A stretch of 64,000 bases of DNA from Armatimonadota bacterium (lineage in GTDB: Bacteria > Armatimonadota > UBA5829 > JAUSEB01): contig JAUSGG010000034.1 of NCBI GenBank assembly GCA_030649165.1, forward strand, positions 4,546-68,545, read 5' to 3'. Of this stretch, positions 20,271-29,091 are shown in pieces. Within the stretch, counting starts at the first letter, position 1. Each line of letters begins with the position of its first letter. A model generated the notes under the pieces. It saw only the letters and a list, made by a program, of their open reading frames with translations, ran no database searches and was not told the origin of the DNA. A program made the position numbers and the translations under genes.

Positions 20271-20414
20271 CCGCGGGAACTGACTTTGGTGAGATTCGAC
20301 TGCTTGGCAGTACTAGGCCGTTCCCGCACGATAGTGGTTGGGGCGGTGGGCGGTGCGGGAACTGACTTTGGTGAGATTCGATGACTTGGTTGTGCAAGAC
20401 CGTTCCCAGGATAG
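20271..20414. repeat. ~62-bp hairpin element GCGGGAACTGACTT-N-G(G/A)CCGTTCCC..GATAG (tandem pair)
   Basis: Copies at 20271-20334, 20355-20414, 31303-31367, 38247-38312 and 53133-53193. Confidence 0.85.
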
Positions 20415-20583
20415 AAGGAAGAAATAACGTCACATTGGTGGCTCTCTGTCCTCTGCAGCATAATACCATTTGCCGAGTTCTCTCCAAAATTCGTCCATAC
20501 CGGCCAAGATGGGTTGTTCTTCGCCCAGGCGTCGAACGTCAAGCGCCAGCGTCTCGCCTTGACGGCCGGCATCCCATTTGCAT

Positions 20584-22914
20584 TCACTGTTCGAGATCAC
20601 GGCGCGGGGCGGCGTCGTAAGGTCCGAGACCGACGTCGGACGGCGCGAGGTTGACCGGCCAATCGGCGGGATCGCCCTTGCCGAAGACCTTGCGCACGCG
20701 CTCGTACATGTCGAAGTCGTACTCTATGCAAGGCTCGATGTAGCTGCCTTCGCCCCACTCGTTCGCAGGTCCGAGAAGCACGAACGGGGGCTTGTTTGTT
20801 TCGCTGTATTTCTTTGCTTTTCTGAGCAATTCCTCGAAAAGCTCCGGAGTGCGGTTCCGGATGATCATGGTCTGCGGACCCTCGCCCTGCCAGGGGCGCG
20901 GGTCCCATCCGGTTTCGACCAAGGGAATGTAGGTCAGACGAGTTGAGGGTTGAGAGTTGAGGGTTGAGTGACCGGAGTCCTTGAGACCCTCCCCGGCCAA
21001 GCGTTTTGCCTCCCACGCGGCTGGGGCGGCGCTGACCACATCGGCATAGTCGATCCGATCGGACGAAGGAGCCAGTCCGTATGCGAGGAGATTGTCGTGG
21101 TACGTCATGTATGCGCTGTAGCCTTCAGCGGACAGGCTTTGGCTGAGTTCGGGCGCAGGCAGCATTCGCATTCCGGACTCGATGAAGGTGATGCCGGGAT
21201 AGCCTGCCTCCTTCGCAACGGCCTCGCAGGCGTCGAGAGCTTGCTTTACCGCTTCCGATCCGCCGAGTTGATCGCGAAGCCTGTCAGCGTCATAGATCAC
21301 CATGACCGGTTTCCCGTTGAGGCGGTAGTACGACTTCCAGCCGAAGTAGTTGTCGGCGCAGTACTTCGTCATCTTTCGAAGGTCGTCGACGGTGTGCGTC
21401 CCGACGTGATCGCACCACATCACGAGAATCTTCAGGTAGTCCCGGTATTTCGTCTTACCGTAAGCGTTAATCCAATGCGTGATCTCGGGCTTGCCGTCCC
21501 ACCAGTACCAGTCCACCACGAACCCGGTGATGCCGTTTTCCACCGCCGCCTTGATTTGCCAATCCACGACTTCCGGATTCGTCTCGTCATAGTATCCCAG
21601 CCAGGGCTTGCGAGAGGGAGTGTCGCGCCGAATGCAGTTCCACCATTCGCTGTTGTCCCAGCCGGGGAAGTAGTACATGAACAGATCGGTGTCCGTACCA
21701 ATGGGTCGAGGCTTGGGAACATATCTTGCTTTGGTCGTGGTTACGGGCGCAAGGAAACGAAGCGCGGTCTTCACCGGACGAGCGTCCCGGTCCTCGAACC
21801 GGAGTTCCACCGGGTACGTGCCGGGAGACTTGGCGACCACGGGCCAGACGACTCTGACCGGGTCCGACATCGGGGCAACGGATAACGACTGAACGGCTTT
21901 ACCTTCCGGGAATCGCAATCCCTTGGGCAAAACAAGACGGACGGTCGCGTTTGCCGCCGCGACGCCTCCCGTGTTCGTTATCTCCGCCACGACCGAGCAA
22001 GCTTTGCCGGAGCGGTTGACCGCGTTTTCGAATCCCAGATAATGCGCCTGAAGATCGGGCGGTCCCGAGGGCTTGTCGGCCAGCGAGACGGACTGTACGG
22101 TGACCCGGCTCTGGGCTTTTTGGGGTATCTCCAGCCCGAATGCTACTATTGGGTCGGGCCAGGTCGTCCCGACGCCTCTGTTGGCGGGGAATCCCATGAG
22201 CGCGATGTTGTACGTCCGTTCGCCGCCGTCGCCGCGGACGCGGAAGCTGTGTCTGCGCAGCCCCGGGGTGTCCTGGTGGCTGTAAAGGACCGCGCACTCG
22301 CAGTCAACGGTGGATCGAAGTTTGACGGATGCGATGCGCTTGTTTTCCAGCTTTGCTGCGATCGGTGGGGCGAAGAAGCGGTCGCTGTCCGGGTTGACGC
22401 GCCATTCTTCGACCCCGTTCCGGAGTTCCCACGAGTATACTTCGACCGGAGCCTTGTCGTCGCCCCAGGAGACAACGTGGATATAGTCGATCTCAAAACT
22501 GGCCGGGCCGTAAAGATCGAGCCGCAATTGCCGGATGGTTCTCTCCGACTGCCAAAACGGAAAAAGCACAACCGTCTGCCAGCCGGACTTGCGAACCTGA
22601 AACGGCGTCCGTCGATCCCAACTGCAGTACGGCAGCCGGTCACCTGACCAGAGCAGGTTCCCTTCGCCAGGGCGGCTGGCCTTCAGACGGATGACCACGC
22701 ACTGATAGGATTTCGCGGCTATTTCGGGCGTATCGCAGGCGAAGTAGCCGATGGCGTCAGGCACGCTGAAACGCAGGCGGCCGTTCGCAACGCCCGCCCT
22801 GGTTATGTTGGCGACGGGCTTCCACTGACTGGGGTCAGCGGTGGGTCCGAACTCCCACGTAGGCAGTTGTGAGACCATACCTGCCAGAAGCAGACAGCAG
22901 TTGAGCAGTACCAA
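20584..22914 (-). CDS. Secreted multidomain glycoside hydrolase, GH99-like/WbsX catalytic domain
   Basis: TTG start with GGAGG RBS; signal peptide; YYFPGW, YDETNPEVVDWQIKAAVENGITGFVVDWYW, GWDPRPW, NEWGEGSYIEP. Confidence 0.85.
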   Translation of the reverse strand: MVLLNCCLLLAGMVSQLPTWEFGPTADPSQWKPVANITRAGVANGRLRFSVPDAIGYFACDTPEIAAKSYQCVVIRLKASRPGEGNLLWSGDRLPYCSWDRRTPFQVRKSGWQTVVLFPFWQSERTIRQLRLDLYGPASFEIDYIHVVSWGDDKAPVEVYSWELRNGVEEWRVNPDSDRFFAPPIAAKLENKRIASVKLRSTVDCECAVLYSHQDTPGLRRHSFRVRGDGGERTYNIALMGFPANRGVGTTWPDPIVAFGLEIPQKAQSRVTVQSVSLADKPSGPPDLQAHYLGFENAVNRSGKACSVVAEITNTGGVAAANATVRLVLPKGLRFPEGKAVQSLSVAPMSDPVRVVWPVVAKSPGTYPVELRFEDRDARPVKTALRFLAPVTTTKARYVPKPRPIGTDTDLFMYYFPGWDNSEWWNCIRRDTPSRKPWLGYYDETNPEVVDWQIKAAVENGITGFVVDWYWWDGKPEITHWINAYGKTKYRDYLKILVMWCDHVGTHTVDDLRKMTKYCADNYFGWKSYYRLNGKPVMVIYDADRLRDQLGGSEAVKQALDACEAVAKEAGYPGITFIESGMRMLPAPELSQSLSAEGYSAYMTYHDNLLAYGLAPSSDRIDYADVVSAAPAAWEAKRLAGEGLKDSGHSTLNSQPSTRLTYIPLVETGWDPRPWQGEGPQTMIIRNRTPELFEELLRKAKKYSETNKPPFVLLGPANEWGEGSYIEPCIEYDFDMYERVRKVFGKGDPADWPVNLAPSDVGLGPYDAAPRRDLEQ

Positions 22915-23080
22915 TGGGACCTCCGAAACGCAATAATGCGGATAGCATCAAGTTTGAGGTTTGCCGGACGCGGGGCCGATTCCTTCACGGGCCTGCTCCG
23001 ATTGATCACGAAAGCGCGAAAGGGAACAGGAATCGGAGATCGAAAAGCGGCCCTTTTGCTCTATTGCGAAGGAGGCGCTC

Positions 23081-23284
23081 GGTTTCGGGATTTCCGGGTT
23101 GGAATGCGAGGTTGTGCTATGACCGCGGAAGTGTGAAGCCCAACCCTCAAATCCCGAAACAACGGCAAGGAGAGAGCTTTCACCCTCACCCTAACCCTCT
23201 CCCTCAAGGGAGAGGGGATTACGCTCGTCGTCTCCCGAAAGTGAGCGGCGAAGAGATACGTACTCACCAAGCCTGAACTCTTAC
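23081..23284. mobile_element. 5'-truncated copy of the modular MITE-like element
   Basis: Ends in CTGAACTCTTAC (23273-23284); interior matches 27461-27592 plus the ~85-bp module of 32821-32905. No left end found. Confidence 0.75.
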
Positions 23285-23289
23285 GTTGA

Positions 23290-23319
23290 TTGACTTGTGC
23301 GCGCCTGTTCCTCTAGGAT
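23290..23319 (+). promoter_or_regulatory. Possible sigma70 promoter of the GH172 operon
   Basis: TTGACT, 18-bp spacer, TAGGAT. Confidence 0.45.
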
Positions 23320-23368
23320 AGTGTGGTAAACGGCTCAGGCCGAATATCGCTGTATCGGAGGTATGTTA

Positions 23369-25081
23369 ATGTTTACGAACTCCCTCAAACTGAATCTGCT
23401 GACCGCAACGCTCGCTCTCGGCCTGGTCACGGCTGCTTCGGCAAGCATTTTAACCGATCTGCCGGGCGCGAAATCCTACCGCTCCGCCAGAATCTCCAGT
23501 TACGACAAGCGGGGCGGGAACGCAGACGGCTCTCAGGGCAATCCGCTTAAACCAGGACAAATCCGCACTATGGCGGAGATCAAAGGCCCTGGCCAGATTG
23601 CTCACATCTGGATTACCAAAGGCGGCGTGGATATCCGAGATATCATCATACGGATGTACTGGGACGGCGAGAATACCCCAAGCGTGGAGTGTCCTCTTGG
23701 CGAGTTCTTTGGCTTGGGTCACGGCAAGTATTACACCTTTGAGAGCCTGCCATTTGCCATTGGGAACGACGCCGGTCTCAACTGCTTCTTTCCCATGCCT
23801 TTCAAGAAAAGCGCGAAGGTGACGGTTCAGAATGTCGGCTCCAGTAACCTCGACATGTTCTACTACTATATCGACTACCAGGTCTTCGACGCTCCCCGCA
23901 ACGATCTTCTTTACTTCCACGCGCAGTATCGCCAGGAGAAGCCCGTCCTCTCGTCCGGGAACTACGTCATACTCGACGCCGCCGGACGCGGGCACTTCGT
24001 CGGGTGTTTCCTTTTCTGCCGGCAGAACGAGCCCGGGTGGTTCGGCGAAGGCGACGACATGATCTACATCGACGGCGCGAAACAGCCTACCCTGAACGGG
24101 ACCGGCACCGAAGACTATTTCTGCCACGCCTGGGGTTTCGCCAAAGGCGCCTCGACTGCCCGTTTCGGCGTTTGGAGCGAGAAGCCGTTCGAGGATATGG
24201 GGGATTACTCGGTCTACCGGTTCCATTTGGAGGACGCGATAGCTTTCAAGAAGTCGATCCGCGTGACCATCGAGCACGGGCACGCTAATAACCGTTCGGA
24301 TGACTTCTCATCCATCGCGTACTGGTACCAGACCGAGCCGCACAGCGCGTTCCCGAAACTCGCCGCCCCGTTCGACAGACGCTCCTCCGAGGAGCGCGGG
24401 AAAACGCTGCTCAAGGAGAAAAAGTTCGCGGAATACCGCGAAGCGCAGACACAGGTCGCTCGGCGCACACACTCGGATTACGTGAGGCAGACCGCCGAGT
24501 TCAATATCGCGGACAGCCGGGCCGCCGAGGTGGGCGGGCAGGCGGGGGTAGACGCACTCCTTGATCTCCTCGGCCCGTTCCCGAATCCCGATATTGCCAA
24601 AAGGGTGGCCGAGCGAGTGAAGGAGCTTGGCGGTGACGCGGCTGCAATTCCTCAATCCGGCGTCTATCACATTTTGGGCGTCTCCGACGGCGAGGGCGGC
24701 GTGGTAACGATGGACGGCAAGCGCTGCGTCAGGACGAACACGGCGAAAGGCAGCCGGTATATCTACTTCGACGTGGATAAGTCGATCCTGTCGCGGGGCG
24801 ACAAGCCCATCATGCTGGAGATAGAGTACTACGATGAGGGCAAGGCGGGAGATACTTTCCTCGTTGAGTATGATTCGGCGTTCACGAACGATGATGCGGA
24901 CAAATATCGCCCCACACCTGCGTTCATCAAACCGGGGAAGAAGGGTTGGAACTCCGCCGTGCTTTATCTGGAAAGAGCGAGGTTCGGCGGAAGGCAGAAC
25001 GGCGGCGCGGATTTCCGCGTCTACTCCGGCGGCGACACCGACGAATACGTCAGCAGTATCAAGGTGATCTCGAAGCAGTAG
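23369..25081 (+). CDS. Secreted DUF2961 / GH172 glycoside hydrolase with a C-terminal beta-sandwich domain
   Basis: Signal peptide; GPGQIAHIW, IRMYWDGE..PSVECPLGEFF, WFGEGDDMIYIDG, GTGTEDYF, IEHGHAN, SIAYWYQ. Confidence 0.88.
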   Translation: MFTNSLKLNLLTATLALGLVTAASASILTDLPGAKSYRSARISSYDKRGGNADGSQGNPLKPGQIRTMAEIKGPGQIAHIWITKGGVDIRDIIIRMYWDGENTPSVECPLGEFFGLGHGKYYTFESLPFAIGNDAGLNCFFPMPFKKSAKVTVQNVGSSNLDMFYYYIDYQVFDAPRNDLLYFHAQYRQEKPVLSSGNYVILDAAGRGHFVGCFLFCRQNEPGWFGEGDDMIYIDGAKQPTLNGTGTEDYFCHAWGFAKGASTARFGVWSEKPFEDMGDYSVYRFHLEDAIAFKKSIRVTIEHGHANNRSDDFSSIAYWYQTEPHSAFPKLAAPFDRRSSEERGKTLLKEKKFAEYREAQTQVARRTHSDYVRQTAEFNIADSRAAEVGGQAGVDALLDLLGPFPNPDIAKRVAERVKELGGDAAAIPQSGVYHILGVSDGEGGVVTMDGKRCVRTNTAKGSRYIYFDVDKSILSRGDKPIMLEIEYYDEGKAGDTFLVEYDSAFTNDDADKYRPTPAFIKPGKKGWNSAVLYLERARFGGRQNGGADFRVYSGGDTDEYVSSIKVISKQ

Positions 25082-25139
25082 GTTTGTAGGTTTGTAGGGT
25101 TGAGAGGTTCCAAGGTCTAGAGGGTTCCGGAGTTTTGAG

Positions 25140-25985
25140 ATGCGTATAGCTGTGACCGGCGGGAGCGGGTTGATTGGGCGCTACGTCGTGAGGGAATTGG
25201 CTGGATCGCACGAGGTGACGAACCTCGATTTGCGGCGCCCGGAACAGGATGAACCGGGAGTCCGCTTCGTGCAAGGCGACGTTCTGTCGTGCGACCAACT
25301 CACTGAGAAACTTGCCGGGCACGACGCTGTCGTCCACCTCGCCGGTATTCCGAATCCCTTGAGGGACCCTCCGGAACGGGTCTTTCAGGTGAACGCGCAG
25401 GGGACTTTCAATGCGCTGCAGGCGTGCGCGCGCAACTCCATCCGGAATTTCGTGTACGCGTCGAGCGACTCCACTTTCGGCTTCGTCTTCCGGCGAAACG
25501 ATTTCTCTCCCGACTTTTGTCCACTTGACGAGAACCACCCGCTGCGACCACAGGACCCGTATGGCTTGAGCAAGCTGGTAGGCGAGGAGATATGCGGGTC
25601 GTTCGCCCGCGGATACGGTATGCGGACCACGGCCCTGCGCCCCTGCTGGGTATGGGCCCCTGAGGAGCGCGAAATGCAGCGCGAGCTGGTCGCAAAACCC
25701 GAGGGGTGGTGGAAGATGATGTGGGCCTACGTGGACGTTCGGGATTGTGCGAGAGCGTTCCGGCTCGCGGTCGAATCGACGCGGAAATGGGAGCACGAGG
25801 CCTTTCTTATAACAGCGGATGACAACGGGACGCACATGGAGTCGCGCGACCTGGTCTCGCGCTACTATCCGTCCGTGCAGCGAATCTCGCCTGAGTTCGG
25901 CGGCCGCGATTCGCTTCTGAGATGTGAAAAGGCGAAACGGATTCTTGGGTATGAAAGTCTACACAGTTGGAGAGATTTTCTGTGA
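25140..25985 (+). CDS. NAD-dependent epimerase/dehydratase (extended SDR)
   Basis: TGGSGLIG, HLAG, YGLSK. Confidence 0.92.
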   Translation: MRIAVTGGSGLIGRYVVRELAGSHEVTNLDLRRPEQDEPGVRFVQGDVLSCDQLTEKLAGHDAVVHLAGIPNPLRDPPERVFQVNAQGTFNALQACARNSIRNFVYASSDSTFGFVFRRNDFSPDFCPLDENHPLRPQDPYGLSKLVGEEICGSFARGYGMRTTALRPCWVWAPEEREMQRELVAKPEGWWKMMWAYVDVRDCARAFRLAVESTRKWEHEAFLITADDNGTHMESRDLVSRYYPSVQRISPEFGGRDSLLRCEKAKRILGYESLHSWRDFL

Positions 25986-26061
25986 AACAACGGTTGGTCC
26001 CTCCAGGTAGGGTGCCTGGAGGGATAGAATATGAGAGTCTGCACAGTTGGAGAGATTTTCC

Positions 26062-27033
26062 GTGAAACACGTTCTGATAGACACGGACGCCGGGGTAGAC
26101 GACGCCCTGGCGATTCTATTGGCCCTTTCCTCCCGTGAACTCGCCATCGAGGGCATAGCCACGGTGGCCGGCAACATCGATGTCGAACACGCTACCGCGA
26201 ATGTCCTGACCATCCTGGACGCGGTGTTTCCTCCGATCCGCCCTTCCGTTGCCCGGGGCGCCGAGAGGCCGTTAAACCGGCCACTGGTCACGGCGGCCCA
26301 CGTTCACGGGGAGGACGGGCTGGGCAATATTACGACGTTGCGCAGGCCGGACGGCTCGCCCAAGTACCCGTCTTCGCGGCACGGGCTTGTCAGTCTTGGG
26401 GCCGCGGAGTTCATTATTGATGAGGTACGGAAGCATGGTCCCGGTCTCACTCTCATCACGCTGGGGCCGCTGACGAATGTGGCGGAGGCGATCCGTCTTA
26501 ACCCGGAGACGATGCGCCGGGTCGGCGAGATCATAATAATGGGCGGCGCGTTCAGGACATACGGGAACACGTCTCCAGTCGCCGAGTTCAACATCTTCGT
26601 TGACCCGGATGCCGCGGCAAGGATCGTCGAGTTCGACGTTCCGAAGACCGTAGTCCCGTTGGACGTTACCGAGCAGGTGATACTGACCCGCACCGAGCTG
26701 GAATGCCGCTATGCGTCAAATCCATCCCCAATTCTGGACTTCACCCGCGACGTCTCGTCATTCTACATGGATTTCCACAGGGACAATGACGGCTTCGACG
26801 GCTGCTACATGCACGATCCGACTACGGTTGCGTTCGCAATAGACCGGTCGGTCCTTATGACTGTTCCGGCCGAGGTGCACGTGGAGTGTAAGGGAGAGTA
26901 TACGGCGGGGATGACGGTGGCGGATTTGCGGCCCGAACGGGCCGGACGGTACCGGACGAATACCGAGGTTGCGGTTGGTGTTGATGCGGGGAGGGTCATC
27001 GATCTGTTCTTCTCCAGGCTTCTCGCGTGCTGA
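26062..27033 (+). CDS. Inosine/uridine-preferring nucleoside hydrolase
   Basis: DTDAGVDDA, VHGEDGLG, LGPLTN, AEFNIFVDP, MHDP; GTG start at 26062. Confidence 0.93.
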   Translation: MKHVLIDTDAGVDDALAILLALSSRELAIEGIATVAGNIDVEHATANVLTILDAVFPPIRPSVARGAERPLNRPLVTAAHVHGEDGLGNITTLRRPDGSPKYPSSRHGLVSLGAAEFIIDEVRKHGPGLTLITLGPLTNVAEAIRLNPETMRRVGEIIIMGGAFRTYGNTSPVAEFNIFVDPDAAARIVEFDVPKTVVPLDVTEQVILTRTELECRYASNPSPILDFTRDVSSFYMDFHRDNDGFDGCYMHDPTTVAFAIDRSVLMTVPAEVHVECKGEYTAGMTVADLRPERAGRYRTNTEVAVGVDAGRVIDLFFSRLLAC

Positions 27034-27218
27034 GGCTCGGTTCAGGGAAGAACACAGAACACGGATAAACACGGATGAACGCGGATGGGATCGAACGGAG
27101 GGCCGGAATGGGGAGTCGAAGGAGACCTTGCGGTCGCGGACGTGCGGGGGTCGGGAGACCCGCGCACAGCGGGTTGTGTAACGGGAACCTCCATTCGCGT
27201 CTCGCTCAGATAGCCCTC

Positions 27219-27898
27219 ATGGTCTTTCTCCTGATTGGAATTGCCGCGGGCTATTGATCCACGCAGGTTCCTCCAAGCAAGCCGAGTCAGGTTTCCGCGG
27301 CCAAACTCACGCCTGAGGAACTGGGGCTTATTAAAGCGCAGACAGAGAACAACAAAGCACAAGCTCAGTAAAATAAGTTACTAGTCCAAGAGTTAGAGGA
27401 AAAGCCCAAGCCTAAGCCCCCCAAGCCGACCATCACGCGGAAAGTATTGGCGCTTTTAGCGTAAGAGTTCAGAAATGGAGAGAACTTTCACCCTCACCCT
27501 AACCCTCTCCCTCAAGGGAGAGGGGATTACGCTCGTCGTCTCCCGAAAGTGAGCAGCGAAGAGATACGTACTCACCAAGCCTGAACTCTTACCTTTTAGC
27601 AGGTATTCCGGGATGGGGCATGTTTATTGCTGCTATCGTTGCTATTGTCACTTTTGGCTTGAACTATAGGGTCACGCTAAGAAGCCAAAAGGACACACAG
27701 TTTTATGAAGCCCTCAAGCGTTTTGGTGATGAGGACAGTCCCTGCGTTCGTTGCAGCGCCGCGGGTCTCTTGGCGCAACTGGGTTCCACTCCGGTGTGGG
27801 AACCCAAGTTATGGCGGCGACCAATCGTTGGGTGGTTTCGGACATCTCGCTCACACTATCAAACTGCTTTTGATCAGCTCTTTGCGGGCTCAGCGTGA
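27219..27898 (+). pseudogene. Degraded membrane-anchored protein gene interrupted by a MITE
   Basis: One frame from ATG 27219 with stops at 27255 and 27369. Removing 27461-27600 rejoins KVLALLAGIPGWGMFIAAIV..FYEALKRFGDEDSP.VR.SAAGLL in frame. Confidence 0.75.
27461..27592. mobile_element. MITE-like element, 132 bp
   Basis: Perfect TIR GTAAGAGTTCAG / CTGAACTCTTAC; TSD CTTTTAGC at 27453-27460 and 27593-27600. Confidence 0.92.
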
Positions 27899-28018
27899 GC
27901 ACGAAATTGTTCGGGAAAAAACGAGAATTCTCCTCGTGCGCAACCGTACGAGCGAACTGTGCTTTGATATCGGAAGGGCCAGGGGGATGCAGCTTCAGCG
28001 GCAACCAACAACCAACAA

Positions 28019-28774
28019 CTAACCACTCCGCCCAACGACTCTGCCAATCACCCATTCCATCGCCCTGACCGTGTCCTCGTAGCTGGCGCGGTGGCCGGCC
28101 GCGGGGTCGTGGAGCATCAGGACGCCGCGGCCCAGTTGCTTGAGCTTCTCGGCGAGGCGGAGGACGCTTTGCGGGGGGACGGATTGGTCCAAACCGCCGC
28201 AGGTGAAGGAGATGGGCATCGTGAGCCTTTCGGGGAAGAACTCCGCACTGCGCTTCTCGTATTCGCGCGGAACTTGCCCTTTGGTCCCGCCGAAGGACTC
28301 CGCGATGTCGTCCTGGTAGTTGGCGAACTCGACGTGGTTGGCTGTGGCTTTCTGGCTGCAGACGCCGTCGATCATCTCAGGGTGAAGGACGGCAAAGGTC
28401 AGCGCGGATGAGCCGCCCATGGACGAGCCGACGAGGATGAGTTTTCCGATTCGGTAATTGCGGCGCAGCTCTTCGATGATCTGGACAAGGTCCGCCTCGG
28501 CCTTCGGCCCCATCCAGGAGGTCGCCGCGCGGTAGTCCGGCGAGACGAAAAGCAGCCCGTGCCTCGCGGCGGTGTCCCGTGCGCCCCGGCACTCGTTGAT
28601 GTCACTTTGAACGTACTGCCAGCGATCCCCGCCGTGACCGTGCAGCGCGATCAAGAGGTGGATTTGTTTTGCGGGGTCAAAGCCGCGCGGGCGCATCTCG
28701 ACGTATCGCTGCGAAGAGCCGTCTACTTTCGCCGTGAAGGTCATATCGACGGGATCTGAGAATTCGTGTGTCAC
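28019..28774 (-). CDS. Alpha/beta hydrolase (esterase / S9-like)
   Basis: LHGHGG oxyanion segment, GSSMGG nucleophile elbow, GGLDQSV, AGH; no clear RBS. Confidence 0.85.
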   Translation of the reverse strand: MTHEFSDPVDMTFTAKVDGSSQRYVEMRPRGFDPAKQIHLLIALHGHGGDRWQYVQSDINECRGARDTAARHGLLFVSPDYRAATSWMGPKAEADLVQIIEELRRNYRIGKLILVGSSMGGSSALTFAVLHPEMIDGVCSQKATANHVEFANYQDDIAESFGGTKGQVPREYEKRSAEFFPERLTMPISFTCGGLDQSVPPQSVLRLAEKLKQLGRGVLMLHDPAAGHRASYEDTVRAMEWVIGRVVGRSG

Positions 28775-28879
28775 AGCTCAAGTTTACCAGATGCGGTCTT
28801 ATCACGAAAGGACGAAAATGCGAAGGGGAGTTCGCGGGGAAGCTGTCAGCCGTCAACGGTCAGCCGACGCCTGGGTGTG

Positions 28880-28919
28880 CTTCGGCAGCGTCGCTGCCGC
28901 TCTGCTACCGAAGGATCGG
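28880..28919. repeat. 40-bp REP-like unit CCGATCCTTCGGTAGCAGAGCGGCAGCGACGCTGCCGAAG
   Basis: Identical at 28880-28919 (-), 53686-53725 (+) and 56647-56686 (+). Confidence 0.9.
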
Positions 28920-29091
28920 AAGGGGGAGGAATTGGGCGGATCGGTCGGATCGGACTGATCGGACTGATCAACCGCCAACCAATAACCAACAACTAACAAC
29001 CACCCATCACCCTCCGATGTTTTGGCTTGCGTAATGGCTGGGTAATCAGAGAGCAAGCCAGTTTAGCCGAATTTGGAGGAAGGTGACGGTT

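Noticed and set aside
20271-20414. Integron attC sites for the GGGAAC...GTTCCC hairpins
   Set aside because: Ends are not RYYYAAC / GTTRRRY, the copies do not separate single cassettes, and no integrase is present.
22920-23080. Left end of the element ending at 23284, or a larger composite carrying the GH99-like gene
   Set aside because: No GTTCAG-type end and no second GTTGATTG copy found upstream.
27255-27371. Selenocysteine or other stop read-through in the pseudogene
   Set aside because: The second stop is TAA and the gene is also broken by a MITE; simple decay explains it.
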